64,000 nucleotides of DNA from a bacterium (lineage in GTDB: Bacteria; Bacillota_I; Bacilli_A; Izemoplasmatales; UBA1188): the NCBI GenBank assembly GCA_017960565.1, contig JAGCYY010000006.1:36675-100674 (forward strand), read 5' to 3'. Of this stretch, positions 35,157 through 43,911 are shown piece after piece. Under the pieces are notes generated by a model that worked only from the letters and a program-made list of their open reading frames with translations, was not told where the DNA came from and ran no database searches. Numbering within the stretch: the first letter of the stretch is position 1; each line of letters starts with the position of its first letter. The position numbers and the translations under genes were made by a program.

Positions 35157-36179
35157 TTATAGGATGTGTTTTCGGCGAACAGGACACATCACATGGTTGT
35201 ATATCCATTTGACCATATCGCCGATGCTTTGTTGGAGTGAGCGTGGCGAATATCCGAAACAGAGTTCAGCTGCCTTTCGACTAAATTTTCCGTTCGATTT
35301 CAAAACCGCTATAGAATAAGGTGTAAAATAAAGTGGTTGTTGTTTTCTTAGACTTCTTTTTTCAATGAATGGAGCTGCAAATTTTGCTAAACAAAACGGG
35401 AGGTATAGTGGACTGCGATTGATTCCGGCTTCAGTTTTTGTTAAATTCAATAAATCACGTATAGTCGCATAATTGCCTGAGAGTATATATCCTCTTCCAG
35501 GCTCACCACATTTAGCACAAGAAATGATTCCTGCAGCAACATCTCTCACATCTACAAAATCATATCCTCCCTTTACAGCGAAGGGCATTTTACCAAAAAG
35601 ATATGATATTAGCATATTTGTAATGCTACCTTTTCCAATATCACCAGGCCCTATGATTCCTGAAGGATAGACAACAGAAGCATTCAGCCCTCGTTTGGCA
35701 GCTTCAAAAACAAGCGAAGTTGCGATTGCCTTGCTTTTGGCATAATCTCCACGGACTTTTTCTGGTGAGAATACTACATCTTCATCCATAGTAACATTCT
35801 TCGGTTTTTCTGGTATAGCATGAACAGAACTAACATAAACAAGCTTTCCTACACTATATTTTTCACAATATCGGATGATGTTATTTGTTCCACCAACATT
35901 GATTCGATAAATGCGTTCACCAGGATGAGACGCTACTGAAACAATACCAGCGCAATGAATAACGCATGTGTGATTATCAGTATCCATAAAAAATTGTTTA
36001 AGAGAAGTTTCATCACAGATATCTCCCCAAACGATATTTACGCTTGAGGGCAAATTATTAACAAACGGATCATTCTTTAAAACTAGTGCAGTAACATTAT
36101 TATTTTCTTTCATTAATTCATTAATGACTGCTCTACCAAGAAAACCCGTTGCTCCTGTAATCAAATATTTTTCAAACAT
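35157..36179 (-). CDS. NAD(P)-dependent epimerase/dehydratase-family oxidoreductase (3-beta-HSD/dihydroflavonol-reductase-like)
   Basis: 340 aa. ITGATGFLGRAV Rossmann motif and YAKSK catalytic YxxxK. A 100-nt sample is 47% GC against about 30% in neighbouring core genes. Confidence 0.8.
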   Translation of the reverse strand: MFEKYLITGATGFLGRAVINELMKENNNVTALVLKNDPFVNNLPSSVNIVWGDICDETSLKQFFMDTDNHTCVIHCAGIVSVASHPGERIYRINVGGTNNIIRYCEKYSVGKLVYVSSVHAIPEKPKNVTMDEDVVFSPEKVRGDYAKSKAIATSLVFEAAKRGLNASVVYPSGIIGPGDIGKGSITNMLISYLFGKMPFAVKGGYDFVDVRDVAAGIISCAKCGEPGRGYILSGNYATIRDLLNLTKTEAGINRSPLYLPFCLAKFAAPFIEKRSLRKQQPLYFTPYSIAVLKSNGKFSRKAAELCFGYSPRSLQQSIGDMVKWIYNHVMCPVRRKHIL

Positions 36180-36288
36180 AACTATAGCCCCCTTTCTCTA
36201 TACATGTGTTGATTATCTTTCACAAGTATAGTATAGTTTAAGCGTAAATTACCTTCAACCATCAATGTTTGCTTAAAAGAAAGATAAA

Positions 36289-36311
36289 CAACACCTGCCC
36301 ATCAGGTGTTG
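36289..36311. promoter_or_regulatory. Candidate TetR operator: perfect 9-nt inverted repeat CAACACCTG-N5-CAGGTGTTG
   Basis: Lies in the divergent epimerase/tetR intergenic region, 30 nt upstream of the tetR-family start. A related GTGTTGA half-site occurs again near 36205. Confidence 0.55.
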
Positions 36312-36340
36312 AATAATAAGACAGAAAACGGAGAATTGTC

Positions 36341-36889
36341 ATGAAAAAAAGTGATGCAAGAGTACGTTATACGAAACATATTCTAAAAGAATCTTTACTT
36401 AAACTATTAAGAGAAAGACCAGTCAACAAAATCACAGTTAAAGAAGTGTGTGAGCTAGCAGAATTAAATCGTGCAACATTCTATACACATTATAGCGACT
36501 GTTTTGCACTACTAGAGGCTATCGAACAAGAACTTATTGATGCGTTTGGAGAGTCGTTAAAGTATGTAAATTTCTTTGATGTCACAGCACTTATCGAAGC
36601 AATCTATATTATGGTAGAACAGCATGAAGACGCGTGTCGTGTTTTAGTTTTTAATGGAGCAAGTCCTTCTGTTCTTAGTCGTATGATAGATCTTGCTCAC
36701 GATTCAAGCATCAATTACTGGAAAGAGCATCTAAACAACGCTACTGAAATAGACTTAGAAATGCTTTATACTCATCTTTCAAATGGTCTTATGAACATTG
36801 TTGTTGGGGGTTATGATAAATACCCACGTGAAGATGTTATTAAATTTGTAAACAAGATTGTTAGTGGCACGTTGTCGCTTTATATGTAA
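36341..36889 (+). CDS. TetR/AcrR-family regulator (DhaS-like subgroup)
   Basis: 182 aa. The N-terminal HTH ITVKEVCELAELNRATFYTHYSDCFALLE is typical of the dihydroxyacetone-kinase-regulator-like TetR subgroup. Confidence 0.8.
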   Translation: MKKSDARVRYTKHILKESLLKLLRERPVNKITVKEVCELAELNRATFYTHYSDCFALLEAIEQELIDAFGESLKYVNFFDVTALIEAIYIMVEQHEDACRVLVFNGASPSVLSRMIDLAHDSSINYWKEHLNNATEIDLEMLYTHLSNGLMNIVVGGYDKYPREDVIKFVNKIVSGTLSLYM

Positions 36890-36905
36890 GTTATTATATT
36901 CAAAA

Positions 36906-36945
36906 ATGCACCGCATCTCATTATTTGATGCGGTGCATTTTATTA
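36906..36945 (+). terminator. Rho-independent terminator of the tetR-family gene
   Basis: ATGCACCGCATC-9 nt-GATGCGGTGCAT followed by TTTTATT. Confidence 0.8.
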
Positions 36946-36973
36946 CTTTTGTTTCTTGGTAATATATTATAAA

Positions 36974-37023
36974 TTACAGCTGTAAATATACGGTGGTGTA
37001 TATTGTTATATCGCCGCCTATTT
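36974..37023. repeat. 50-bp direct repeat, copy A (left boundary of the RM/recombinase cassette)
   Basis: TTACAGCTGTAAATATACGGTGGTGTATATTGTTATA is identical to copy B. The next 13 nt have 2 mismatches. Contains the dyads TTACAG|CTGTAA and AATATAC-N6-GTATATT. Confidence 0.9.
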
Positions 37024-37031
37024 TCTGCATT

Positions 37032-39248
37032 TTATTTGATTAATTCATATTCATACAATTTATCTTTAATGTATTTATCAAAATAGGCGTCTGTTTTTTT
37101 TCTAAGTGCTTCTAGATAACTATTTAATTCAGGGTGATTATAGACCTTATTATCATTTTCGTCTTTATAGTATGTATTCAAATCGTCTGCTATTTGATAC
37201 AATCCATAAGTATATTTAGAATTATACTCAGGAACTTTTTTTGCTTCACCAATCAGTCGGTTAAATAGATCTAACAATTGCCTCTCATCTTTATTCAAAG
37301 ATAGGGTGGCTAATTTTTTTGAAGCAACTGTGTTTTCATCAAAGCATAACTCGTTTTTAATAATCGTAGGTTTGCCGTCAACGAGTAACTCTTGGCTTTT
37401 ACATTTGTTATAATAATCTAAACATCCAAAAATAAAAGCACGTTTTAATAGTTCATTATCTTTTTCGTAGTCAAATCCCCTGTCTGTGCTGCAGCATATA
37501 AATTCGTTTTCCTTCCAATCCCTACAAAACATTAGATAATGCTTGATTGAAATAATAATCATTTTTTTATAATAATTATTCAATGTAACATAAAATCCGT
37601 GATTATCTGAAAATCTTAGTCGAACTAAGTTAAAATTTAGGTTTGGATTAGAAATCCCAAATCCTCTTCCAACAAAATACCCCAATATTTCATTATCATA
37701 ATATGATCCTATTTCGTTTGGTTCAAAATTGCCATCTGTTTTACAAGAATATTTTATTTTAGCGTGTTCTCGTATTTTTTTATCAAATATTTTGGTAATT
37801 TCATTTGTGACTCTAGTAGCCGACATATCATCGGAATAGATTGCTAATTCGTTATTTATTTCTAAAGCCTCTAAAGATATTTCATCTATATTTTCATTCA
37901 CATTTTCCCATAGTATACATGCAATCGCTGAAGGCGATGCATGAAAATATTTTTTATTAAACAAGAAGCCTTTTCGAAACCTCTTATTAATTAATTTATC
38001 TATTTTCCAGTACTTAATTGGACTGAATACAATATAACTGTCGTTTTCTTGCCTTAAATAATATTTAAAAGCTGACCATATAAATCTATTAGCAAGCTCG
38101 TTTGTTTTAGATATGCCGTTAATTTTCATTTGTTCCAAAACATATGAATTTATTTTTTTTCCTTCTGATTTTATACCAGTCATTCCACTTGTATCGTCAC
38201 GATATGGCGGATTTTCATATAATATTATTGTACACTTCTCATCGTCAAGATATTTTTTTATAATAGGGTTATCCAAATATTCCTTTGACATAGCGTCAGC
38301 ACATTTTACAAAGCCTCTATCATAAGTATCTTCCATTTCAATAGGGGGAATAATTGCTCTTACTTTTTCTCCTAACCGTTCACATAGAACTTTATACTCA
38401 TAATATTCATATGTAGATAAAATACAGTGTGATAATTGTGCTTCAGAAAGAATAGATTCTAAATTTCCCGTACCAGCACATCTATCTAAAATAATATAAT
38501 CATTCCCAATCGGAACCCTTGAAATTGCTATTTCCACCAACTCCTTTGCTTTGATGCAATAAGGAATAGGAGTATAGAAAGCGCCAAGATCTTTTTTATT
38601 TAATCTATCATTTAATTTATCCATTAGATATTTAAATTTTTCATTGCTTTTTTTCTTATATGGATTAATTAAACTTTTAAAGTGTCTAGGTTCGCGTATT
38701 TCACCCAAAGTTTTGCTTGAGGTATCATCATCGCCTAAAAAATCGCCTTTTGTAGCCTTTGGGTTTTCTCGATAATATCTTTCTGCCCATCCAACAATAC
38801 AATTTTCATCCAAATCAATGGGTGTGTATTTTTCTTCTCTAAGTAGTGATAAAAGATTATATGCCCCTTCTTGGTAACTATAATCAATCTTGTTTGGGGT
38901 AGACTTTGCAATAAAGGCGTCATTATTTTTGCTTGCTGCACCATAATATACTTTATGTATTTCTTCAAAATAGTCTTTCGAATTAAATACATATGCACAC
39001 CAATCATTTAAACTTATCAAAATGATGTTATAGGGAATAGATTCGCCTTTTATTCTCATTTTTGAAAGATATTTTATTGTTTGGAATAAGACTTTGTTGA
39101 TATTAGAAATGTTTAATTTGAATTCTAAAATATTTCCTTTCCATACGCCGTCCGTATTATCTACTAAAACAGGATTGTTTCTCCAATCAATAGCGAATTT
39201 ATCAAAAAAATCTATTTGTCCCTCTTTTTCTGTCAAATATACTTTCAT
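37032..39248 (-). CDS. Single-chain Type IIG/IIL-like restriction-modification candidate: N-terminal PD-(D/E)xK-type motif plus gamma-class N6-adenine DNA methyltransferase plus C-terminal putative TRD
   Basis: Start ATG 39248 (MKVYLTEKE) with GGAG RBS. TDGVWKGNILEFK = D-X8-E-X-K (39117-39152). GAFYTP, ILDRCAGTGN (motif I) and NPPY (38202-38213, verified by hand translation). About 380 aa follow NPPY. Confidence 0.7.
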   Translation of the reverse strand: MKVYLTEKEGQIDFFDKFAIDWRNNPVLVDNTDGVWKGNILEFKLNISNINKVLFQTIKYLSKMRIKGESIPYNIILISLNDWCAYVFNSKDYFEEIHKVYYGAASKNNDAFIAKSTPNKIDYSYQEGAYNLLSLLREEKYTPIDLDENCIVGWAERYYRENPKATKGDFLGDDDTSSKTLGEIREPRHFKSLINPYKKKSNEKFKYLMDKLNDRLNKKDLGAFYTPIPYCIKAKELVEIAISRVPIGNDYIILDRCAGTGNLESILSEAQLSHCILSTYEYYEYKVLCERLGEKVRAIIPPIEMEDTYDRGFVKCADAMSKEYLDNPIIKKYLDDEKCTIILYENPPYRDDTSGMTGIKSEGKKINSYVLEQMKINGISKTNELANRFIWSAFKYYLRQENDSYIVFSPIKYWKIDKLINKRFRKGFLFNKKYFHASPSAIACILWENVNENIDEISLEALEINNELAIYSDDMSATRVTNEITKIFDKKIREHAKIKYSCKTDGNFEPNEIGSYYDNEILGYFVGRGFGISNPNLNFNLVRLRFSDNHGFYVTLNNYYKKMIIISIKHYLMFCRDWKENEFICCSTDRGFDYEKDNELLKRAFIFGCLDYYNKCKSQELLVDGKPTIIKNELCFDENTVASKKLATLSLNKDERQLLDLFNRLIGEAKKVPEYNSKYTYGLYQIADDLNTYYKDENDNKVYNHPELNSYLEALRKKTDAYFDKYIKDKLYEYELIK

Positions 39249-39515
39249 ACACTTGCTCCTTTTCAATATAAAAATTCGAAGTCTCAAATTGTATACATTT
39301 TGATTCCTCTTAAATTCTTCGAAAATCTAAATAAATTATATTATATTTTTCTCAAAATTGCCACACATTAGCAAATAAAACACACTTTTTTTCACACTTT
39401 ATTAAATCTAAAAAATCATACATTGTTATACTTGACTGATACCTTTTTTTATTTATAAGATAATTTGATATAATCTTCGCTTTACTGATGTATATATAAA
39501 GTGGAGGTGATCATT

Positions 39516-40118
39516 ATGATTTATGCATACATACGTGTATCAACTAAACATCAAAATATCGATAGACAATATTTAGAGATTAAAGAATTTGGAGTAGATG
39601 ATAAATATATCTACATTGATAAAGAATCAGGAAAAGATTTTGATAGAACCAATTATCAAAAGCTAATTAGAAAAATAAAAAAAGACGACCTACTGATTGT
39701 TAAGTCAATAGATCGTCTAGGTAGGAATTATAAGATGATACTTGATGAGTGGTCTTATATAACTAAGATTAAAGAGGCTGATATTAAAGTATTAGATATG
39801 CCTTTACTTGATACTAGAATAGAAGGTAAAAATTTGGTTGGTAAATTCATATCAGATATAGTACTTCAGGTATTATCATTTGTTGCTGAAAATGAAAGGA
39901 ACAATATTAGAGAAAGACAAGCTGAAGGAATAAGAATTGCAAAAGAAAAAGGTGTTAAGTTCGGTAGACCTAAAGCTACTCTTCCACCTAACACCAATGA
40001 AATATTAAATAGATATATAAACCACGAAATAACAAATACTGAAGCTGCTTCTATTATTGGAGTATCTAGAGGTACTTTTTTTAGATTAGTTAAAGAAAGA
40101 AATAAGACATTCGTATAA
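39516..40118 (+). CDS. Small serine recombinase (resolvase/invertase family)
   Basis: Start ATG 39516 after a GGAGGTGA RBS. MIYAYIRVSTKHQNIDRQ (catalytic Ser), SIDRLGRN, ENERNNIRERQAEGI, and C-terminal HTH AASIIGVSRGTFFRL. Confidence 0.88.
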   Translation: MIYAYIRVSTKHQNIDRQYLEIKEFGVDDKYIYIDKESGKDFDRTNYQKLIRKIKKDDLLIVKSIDRLGRNYKMILDEWSYITKIKEADIKVLDMPLLDTRIEGKNLVGKFISDIVLQVLSFVAENERNNIRERQAEGIRIAKEKGVKFGRPKATLPPNTNEILNRYINHEITNTEAASIIGVSRGTFFRLVKERNKTFV

Positions 40119-40258
40119 GCGTTATTCAAATATGCTCATTTATGATGCTATATTTCTGAATAAACAATATATAACCAAATAATAAAAACGCTAGTACTTT
40201 GGCAAAAGTCATCGTATTAGCGTTATTGTTTTGATGTAGTAAATGTTTTTAATATAAT

Positions 40259-40308
40259 TTACAGCTGTAAATATACGGTGGTGTATATTGTTATACCACC
40301 GCCTATTT
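40259..40308. repeat. 50-bp direct repeat, copy B (right boundary of the RM/recombinase cassette)
   Basis: Same 37-nt core as 36974-37010, then CCACCGCCTATTT against TCGCCGCCTATTT in copy A. Same orientation, 3285 bp from copy A. Confidence 0.9.
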
Positions 40309-40316
40309 ACTTTAGT

Positions 40317-43300
40317 TTAATAGTCAATGCTGATAGATGTCTCTAAGGTTCCTTCATTTGAAACAAATGAACCAACAGTAATTGTAACTCCAACATCTGT
40401 ACCATCATACCATTTTAATGAAGATATGATATCGCCTTCTTTAAATAAATCTTTATCTTTTACAACGTAATTATAATCTTTATCGATATTATTGCTTCCA
40501 TCAGCACATATTAAGTCGATCAATTTAAATCTAGCATCACCATTATTATATTTGGTTATTTCATTTATCTCTGAAATAATCCATAATTCGGTTCTACTTT
40601 TTAGTGTTGCGTTAATATGCCATACCATAATGCCAGGCACAGATGGTAATCCACATTCACGATTGCTCTTTAGTGCGTTAACTCCTGTTGGAGTATACAA
40701 AGCAATCATATAATATTCTTCGAAATATGATCCACCATTTGTTTTAGAAATAATAATTGTATCACCTGTTGCTTCAAAAGAACTTAATGTTGTTTCATAA
40801 TCCATATTGACTACTACTGTTGGAGATGTCCAACCTAAAATTGCTTTTGAATAAGGGTCGTGGTCACCTTGGTTAGCGTGCATCATCGCAAATCTTCCAA
40901 CACCGCCTGTAACACCGCCATCAGCAAAATCATAATAATCCGCAAGTCCAAGAGCGTGTCCTGTTTCATGAATTAAAGCTTCACAGTTGATATTAACTCG
41001 GAGTGAATTAACTTCATCAATCTCTAAAGAATCTAGATATTCTATATCAACAGGATCATCAAAGAATTCTATGCTCATCCAAAGATATCCATGAAGACTA
41101 GTATCATCAAACTCCTCATTGCTTTCTATATTATAATAATATGCCCACCACATATTTGATTGTTCAAAATCAAATGTGTCATAATATGGTGCTAAATATA
41201 TTAAATATATACAATCAATGTTCCAGTCATTGTTTTGATCATATAATGAATAATCAATTAAATTATCATAATGCTTAACTGCATCTACTAAATATTTTTG
41301 CTCATCAACTCCAGATTTTCCTGAATATAAATTATATGCTGTATTTGTCTCATAGATATCTAGTACAGTTGCGTTTAAATTTAATTTACCATAAGATGCT
41401 TTTTGATAATATTCTTTTAATGAATACCAACCAGTGTTACCTTTAGTATCATTAAATGCTGTCTCTATTTTTTCTTTTATTTTTGTCTTACTACCATATT
41501 TTTCATAATTTGTGTTAGTAAATCCAATTGGAATAACTAAGATATTAACATCTCCTTCAGATGGTAATGATGGTTTTAAATAAATATCATCACCAAGTTC
41601 ATCTAAAGATTGATATTTAACATTTTCTCTTATTTCTGGCAAATAGAACAATATATCAATATTTTTAGTATATTCATTATAAGATATAGCGATATTTGCC
41701 ATACCATTTTTAGATGAATCATAATTAGATGCTTCTACGCTATATTCACCCTTTTCTAACAAGCTATAACTGCCATCTTCATCACGGAAATGAACAACCA
41801 AATCAGAAATCGCATCATTTAAACTTATTCCTCTTTCTGATATTGATTTATTTGAATAACTTAATAATAGTCCATATTCTAAATATATAGAACTTTGTTT
41901 TGTAAGCCTTGCTTGTAGTGAATCGGGACCGATTGAAATTGCGACATTCTTTAAATTGCAATCGACATTTGAGCTTAATTTTTCACACATCTGATTATAA
42001 AAAGCGACTTCGTCTTTTGAAACAAATAGTTCAAAATTATTGCCCGATCTATCGGTTAAGATTACAGTTTCAGCAGTAGTTAAATTAACTTTATTAAAAG
42101 AAACACCCTCTAAATTAACAATATCATTCCTATCATAAATATTAATTCTAGATAAATCTTGAATATCCCTATTTTTCATTGTAAGAGAGCCGAGTATACT
42201 GTAATCTTTTTTATCATCTACAATGATTCTATGAAGTCCATTAAGAATATCAATTTTTCCATAGATATTAATACACTGACCAACTTTTGCACCATATGGG
42301 AAACCAATTCCTTTGAATAATACCATGATAGCATTCTCTTGAGAAGTATCAGTTATCCATACCATATAGTCATTGTTAGGGGCAGGCATATAAGCTTTTA
42401 CATATCCTGATAAATTAGAAACTTCTTCACCTTGAGATTTGTTATAACAATCGAGAATATAATCAGCTGGGAAACCATTTTCAGGTTCTCTTTCATATTC
42501 AGGTAGTGAAAGAGAAGTTATGCCTGTTTTAGTTAACCATAAATTATATACTAAATTATCATTGTAATCACCATCTTCAATGCTTGATGTTGCCTTAACA
42601 AATAGATTACCACTGATTATTTCTAGTTCGAAAGAATTAAAAGATTCTCTTTTCCAAACCTTTTGAATAATGCCATCTTTTGTACCCCAGTGCTCGCTAT
42701 CTTGATCATAGAAAAAGCTTTTTCCTACTTTGTTTAATAACTCATCTTTGGCTTTATATTTATTTTCATCAATTTGTTCAAAATCTTTTTCATCAATAAC
42801 ATATTGATACTTACGCATATAACATTGATTCATCTCAATAAAAATATCAGAATCATCAATTGTTGAATACCAATTATTATTCCTTTTGTTTAAATATATC
42901 ATTTCACTAGGGTCTTTAATTTCCCCATTATCCGGTTCATAATATATTTCTACAGTATATGAATAATAATCACCGGTTTCTTCATCTTTTTCATTATATA
43001 TTTTCTTCCAATATCTAATATCTTCATATTTAGAAAATACTTGGTTATTTAATAATACATCATCACTGTACTGAGTTAATTCAGCAGTGTATGATGAAAT
43101 ATCCATTTGATTTATATAATAATTTAGACTGTTTTCTTTAGGAAAAAATTCGTTTTTCCATTCATCTTCAGTGCCCTTATAGTTTGGATGATACTTTATA
43201 TATAATTCATATGGTGAAAGTTTATCGTTATCATCCTCTCTATAAGCTTTAATGCCGCTATCAATTTCATCAATGAACACATTACCATTATCACCTATTT

Positions 43301-43514
43301 TAAACACATGGTTTTCTTTTGCCAAAGGAAAAGTTAATGTGTGTCCATCACTAAAAGTGATTGTATAAATATCATTTTCTTCATCGCTCGAAGTCTTATT
43401 AACTTCTACTATTTCTAATTCGTTATTGCCATTATTTTTACATCCAACTAAGTTAAATGTGAAAATCAAGGCAATAAAAGCTAAAAATACTACTACAAAA
43501 AACATTTTTTTCAT
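40317..43514 (-). CDS. Large lipoprotein with C-terminal M6/InhA-like zinc metalloprotease domain
   Basis: Start ATG 43514 (MKKMFFVVVFLAFIALIFTFNLVGC lipobox) with GGTGA RBS. HETGHALGLADYYD (HETGH at 40956-40970, verified by hand translation) matches the HE.GH.LGL.D.Y pattern of M6-family domains. The N-terminal about 630 aa have no motif I recognise. Confidence 0.7.
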   Translation of the reverse strand: MKKMFFVVVFLAFIALIFTFNLVGCKNNGNNELEIVEVNKTSSDEENDIYTITFSDGHTLTFPLAKENHVFKIGDNGNVFIDEIDSGIKAYREDDNDKLSPYELYIKYHPNYKGTEDEWKNEFFPKENSLNYYINQMDISSYTAELTQYSDDVLLNNQVFSKYEDIRYWKKIYNEKDEETGDYYSYTVEIYYEPDNGEIKDPSEMIYLNKRNNNWYSTIDDSDIFIEMNQCYMRKYQYVIDEKDFEQIDENKYKAKDELLNKVGKSFFYDQDSEHWGTKDGIIQKVWKRESFNSFELEIISGNLFVKATSSIEDGDYNDNLVYNLWLTKTGITSLSLPEYEREPENGFPADYILDCYNKSQGEEVSNLSGYVKAYMPAPNNDYMVWITDTSQENAIMVLFKGIGFPYGAKVGQCINIYGKIDILNGLHRIIVDDKKDYSILGSLTMKNRDIQDLSRINIYDRNDIVNLEGVSFNKVNLTTAETVILTDRSGNNFELFVSKDEVAFYNQMCEKLSSNVDCNLKNVAISIGPDSLQARLTKQSSIYLEYGLLLSYSNKSISERGISLNDAISDLVVHFRDEDGSYSLLEKGEYSVEASNYDSSKNGMANIAISYNEYTKNIDILFYLPEIRENVKYQSLDELGDDIYLKPSLPSEGDVNILVIPIGFTNTNYEKYGSKTKIKEKIETAFNDTKGNTGWYSLKEYYQKASYGKLNLNATVLDIYETNTAYNLYSGKSGVDEQKYLVDAVKHYDNLIDYSLYDQNNDWNIDCIYLIYLAPYYDTFDFEQSNMWWAYYYNIESNEEFDDTSLHGYLWMSIEFFDDPVDIEYLDSLEIDEVNSLRVNINCEALIHETGHALGLADYYDFADGGVTGGVGRFAMMHANQGDHDPYSKAILGWTSPTVVVNMDYETTLSSFEATGDTIIISKTNGGSYFEEYYMIALYTPTGVNALKSNRECGLPSVPGIMVWHINATLKSRTELWIISEINEITKYNNGDARFKLIDLICADGSNNIDKDYNYVVKDKDLFKEGDIISSLKWYDGTDVGVTITVGSFVSNEGTLETSISIDY

Positions 43515-43911
43515 TTTAGTCACCAATTTAAATATTATATATTTATATGATACACATATTTATAATTATCGTAACATTTTTTAAGTTGTGTTTCAATACG
43601 AAATATAAGTGGATTAGAAAGTAATTGTTTATTTTTATGTTGATTCCTCTAGTTCATCATTTTATGATAAAACACTAAAAACTCTTTATGTTTTATTTCT
43701 GTGCTACCAACATCACAAACTCAAAGCAGTTTAAAAATACTAGGATAATTTACTAACTTCTAATTTATTTTAAAATGATTATATAAACTTCCATTTAATG
43801 TTTCTTGTTTCTGCTATATTGCATATCTTTTTAAGTTTATATTTTAAATATAAAGTAAATTGTTTTTATTCTAAATTTTATGTAAAATATTACATATAAA
43901 AAGGAGTTATT

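Larger units (their letters stand above)
36974..40308. mobile_element. Candidate excisable RM cassette (direct repeat - RM gene - serine recombinase - direct repeat)
   Basis: Direct repeats with dyad symmetry flank exactly two genes, one of them a serine recombinase. The RM gene sample is 21% GC, clearly below the flanks. Mobility itself is inference. Confidence 0.4.

Noticed and set aside
37032-39248. Slipped-strand phase variation of the RM gene via homopolymers (for example A8 at 38153-38160)
   Set aside because: Runs of 7-8 A/T are frequent throughout this AT-rich window and fall within normally translated Lys/Asn/Phe codons. There is no G/C tract or multi-copy short repeat near the 5' end.
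39249-39515. Invertible promoter switch between the RM gene and the recombinase
   Set aside because: I looked for inverted repeats flanking the divergent promoter region. I found only two TTCGAA hexamers and short AT-rich matches, nothing comparable to hix/gix-type sites.
43527-43911. Purine riboswitch or other leader upstream of adenine deaminase
   Set aside because: I read the 385-bp intergenic region on the sense strand. It has no U-rich junction/TTTCTACC-like core or three-way-junction complementarity typical of purine riboswitches. It looks like plain AT-rich spacer.
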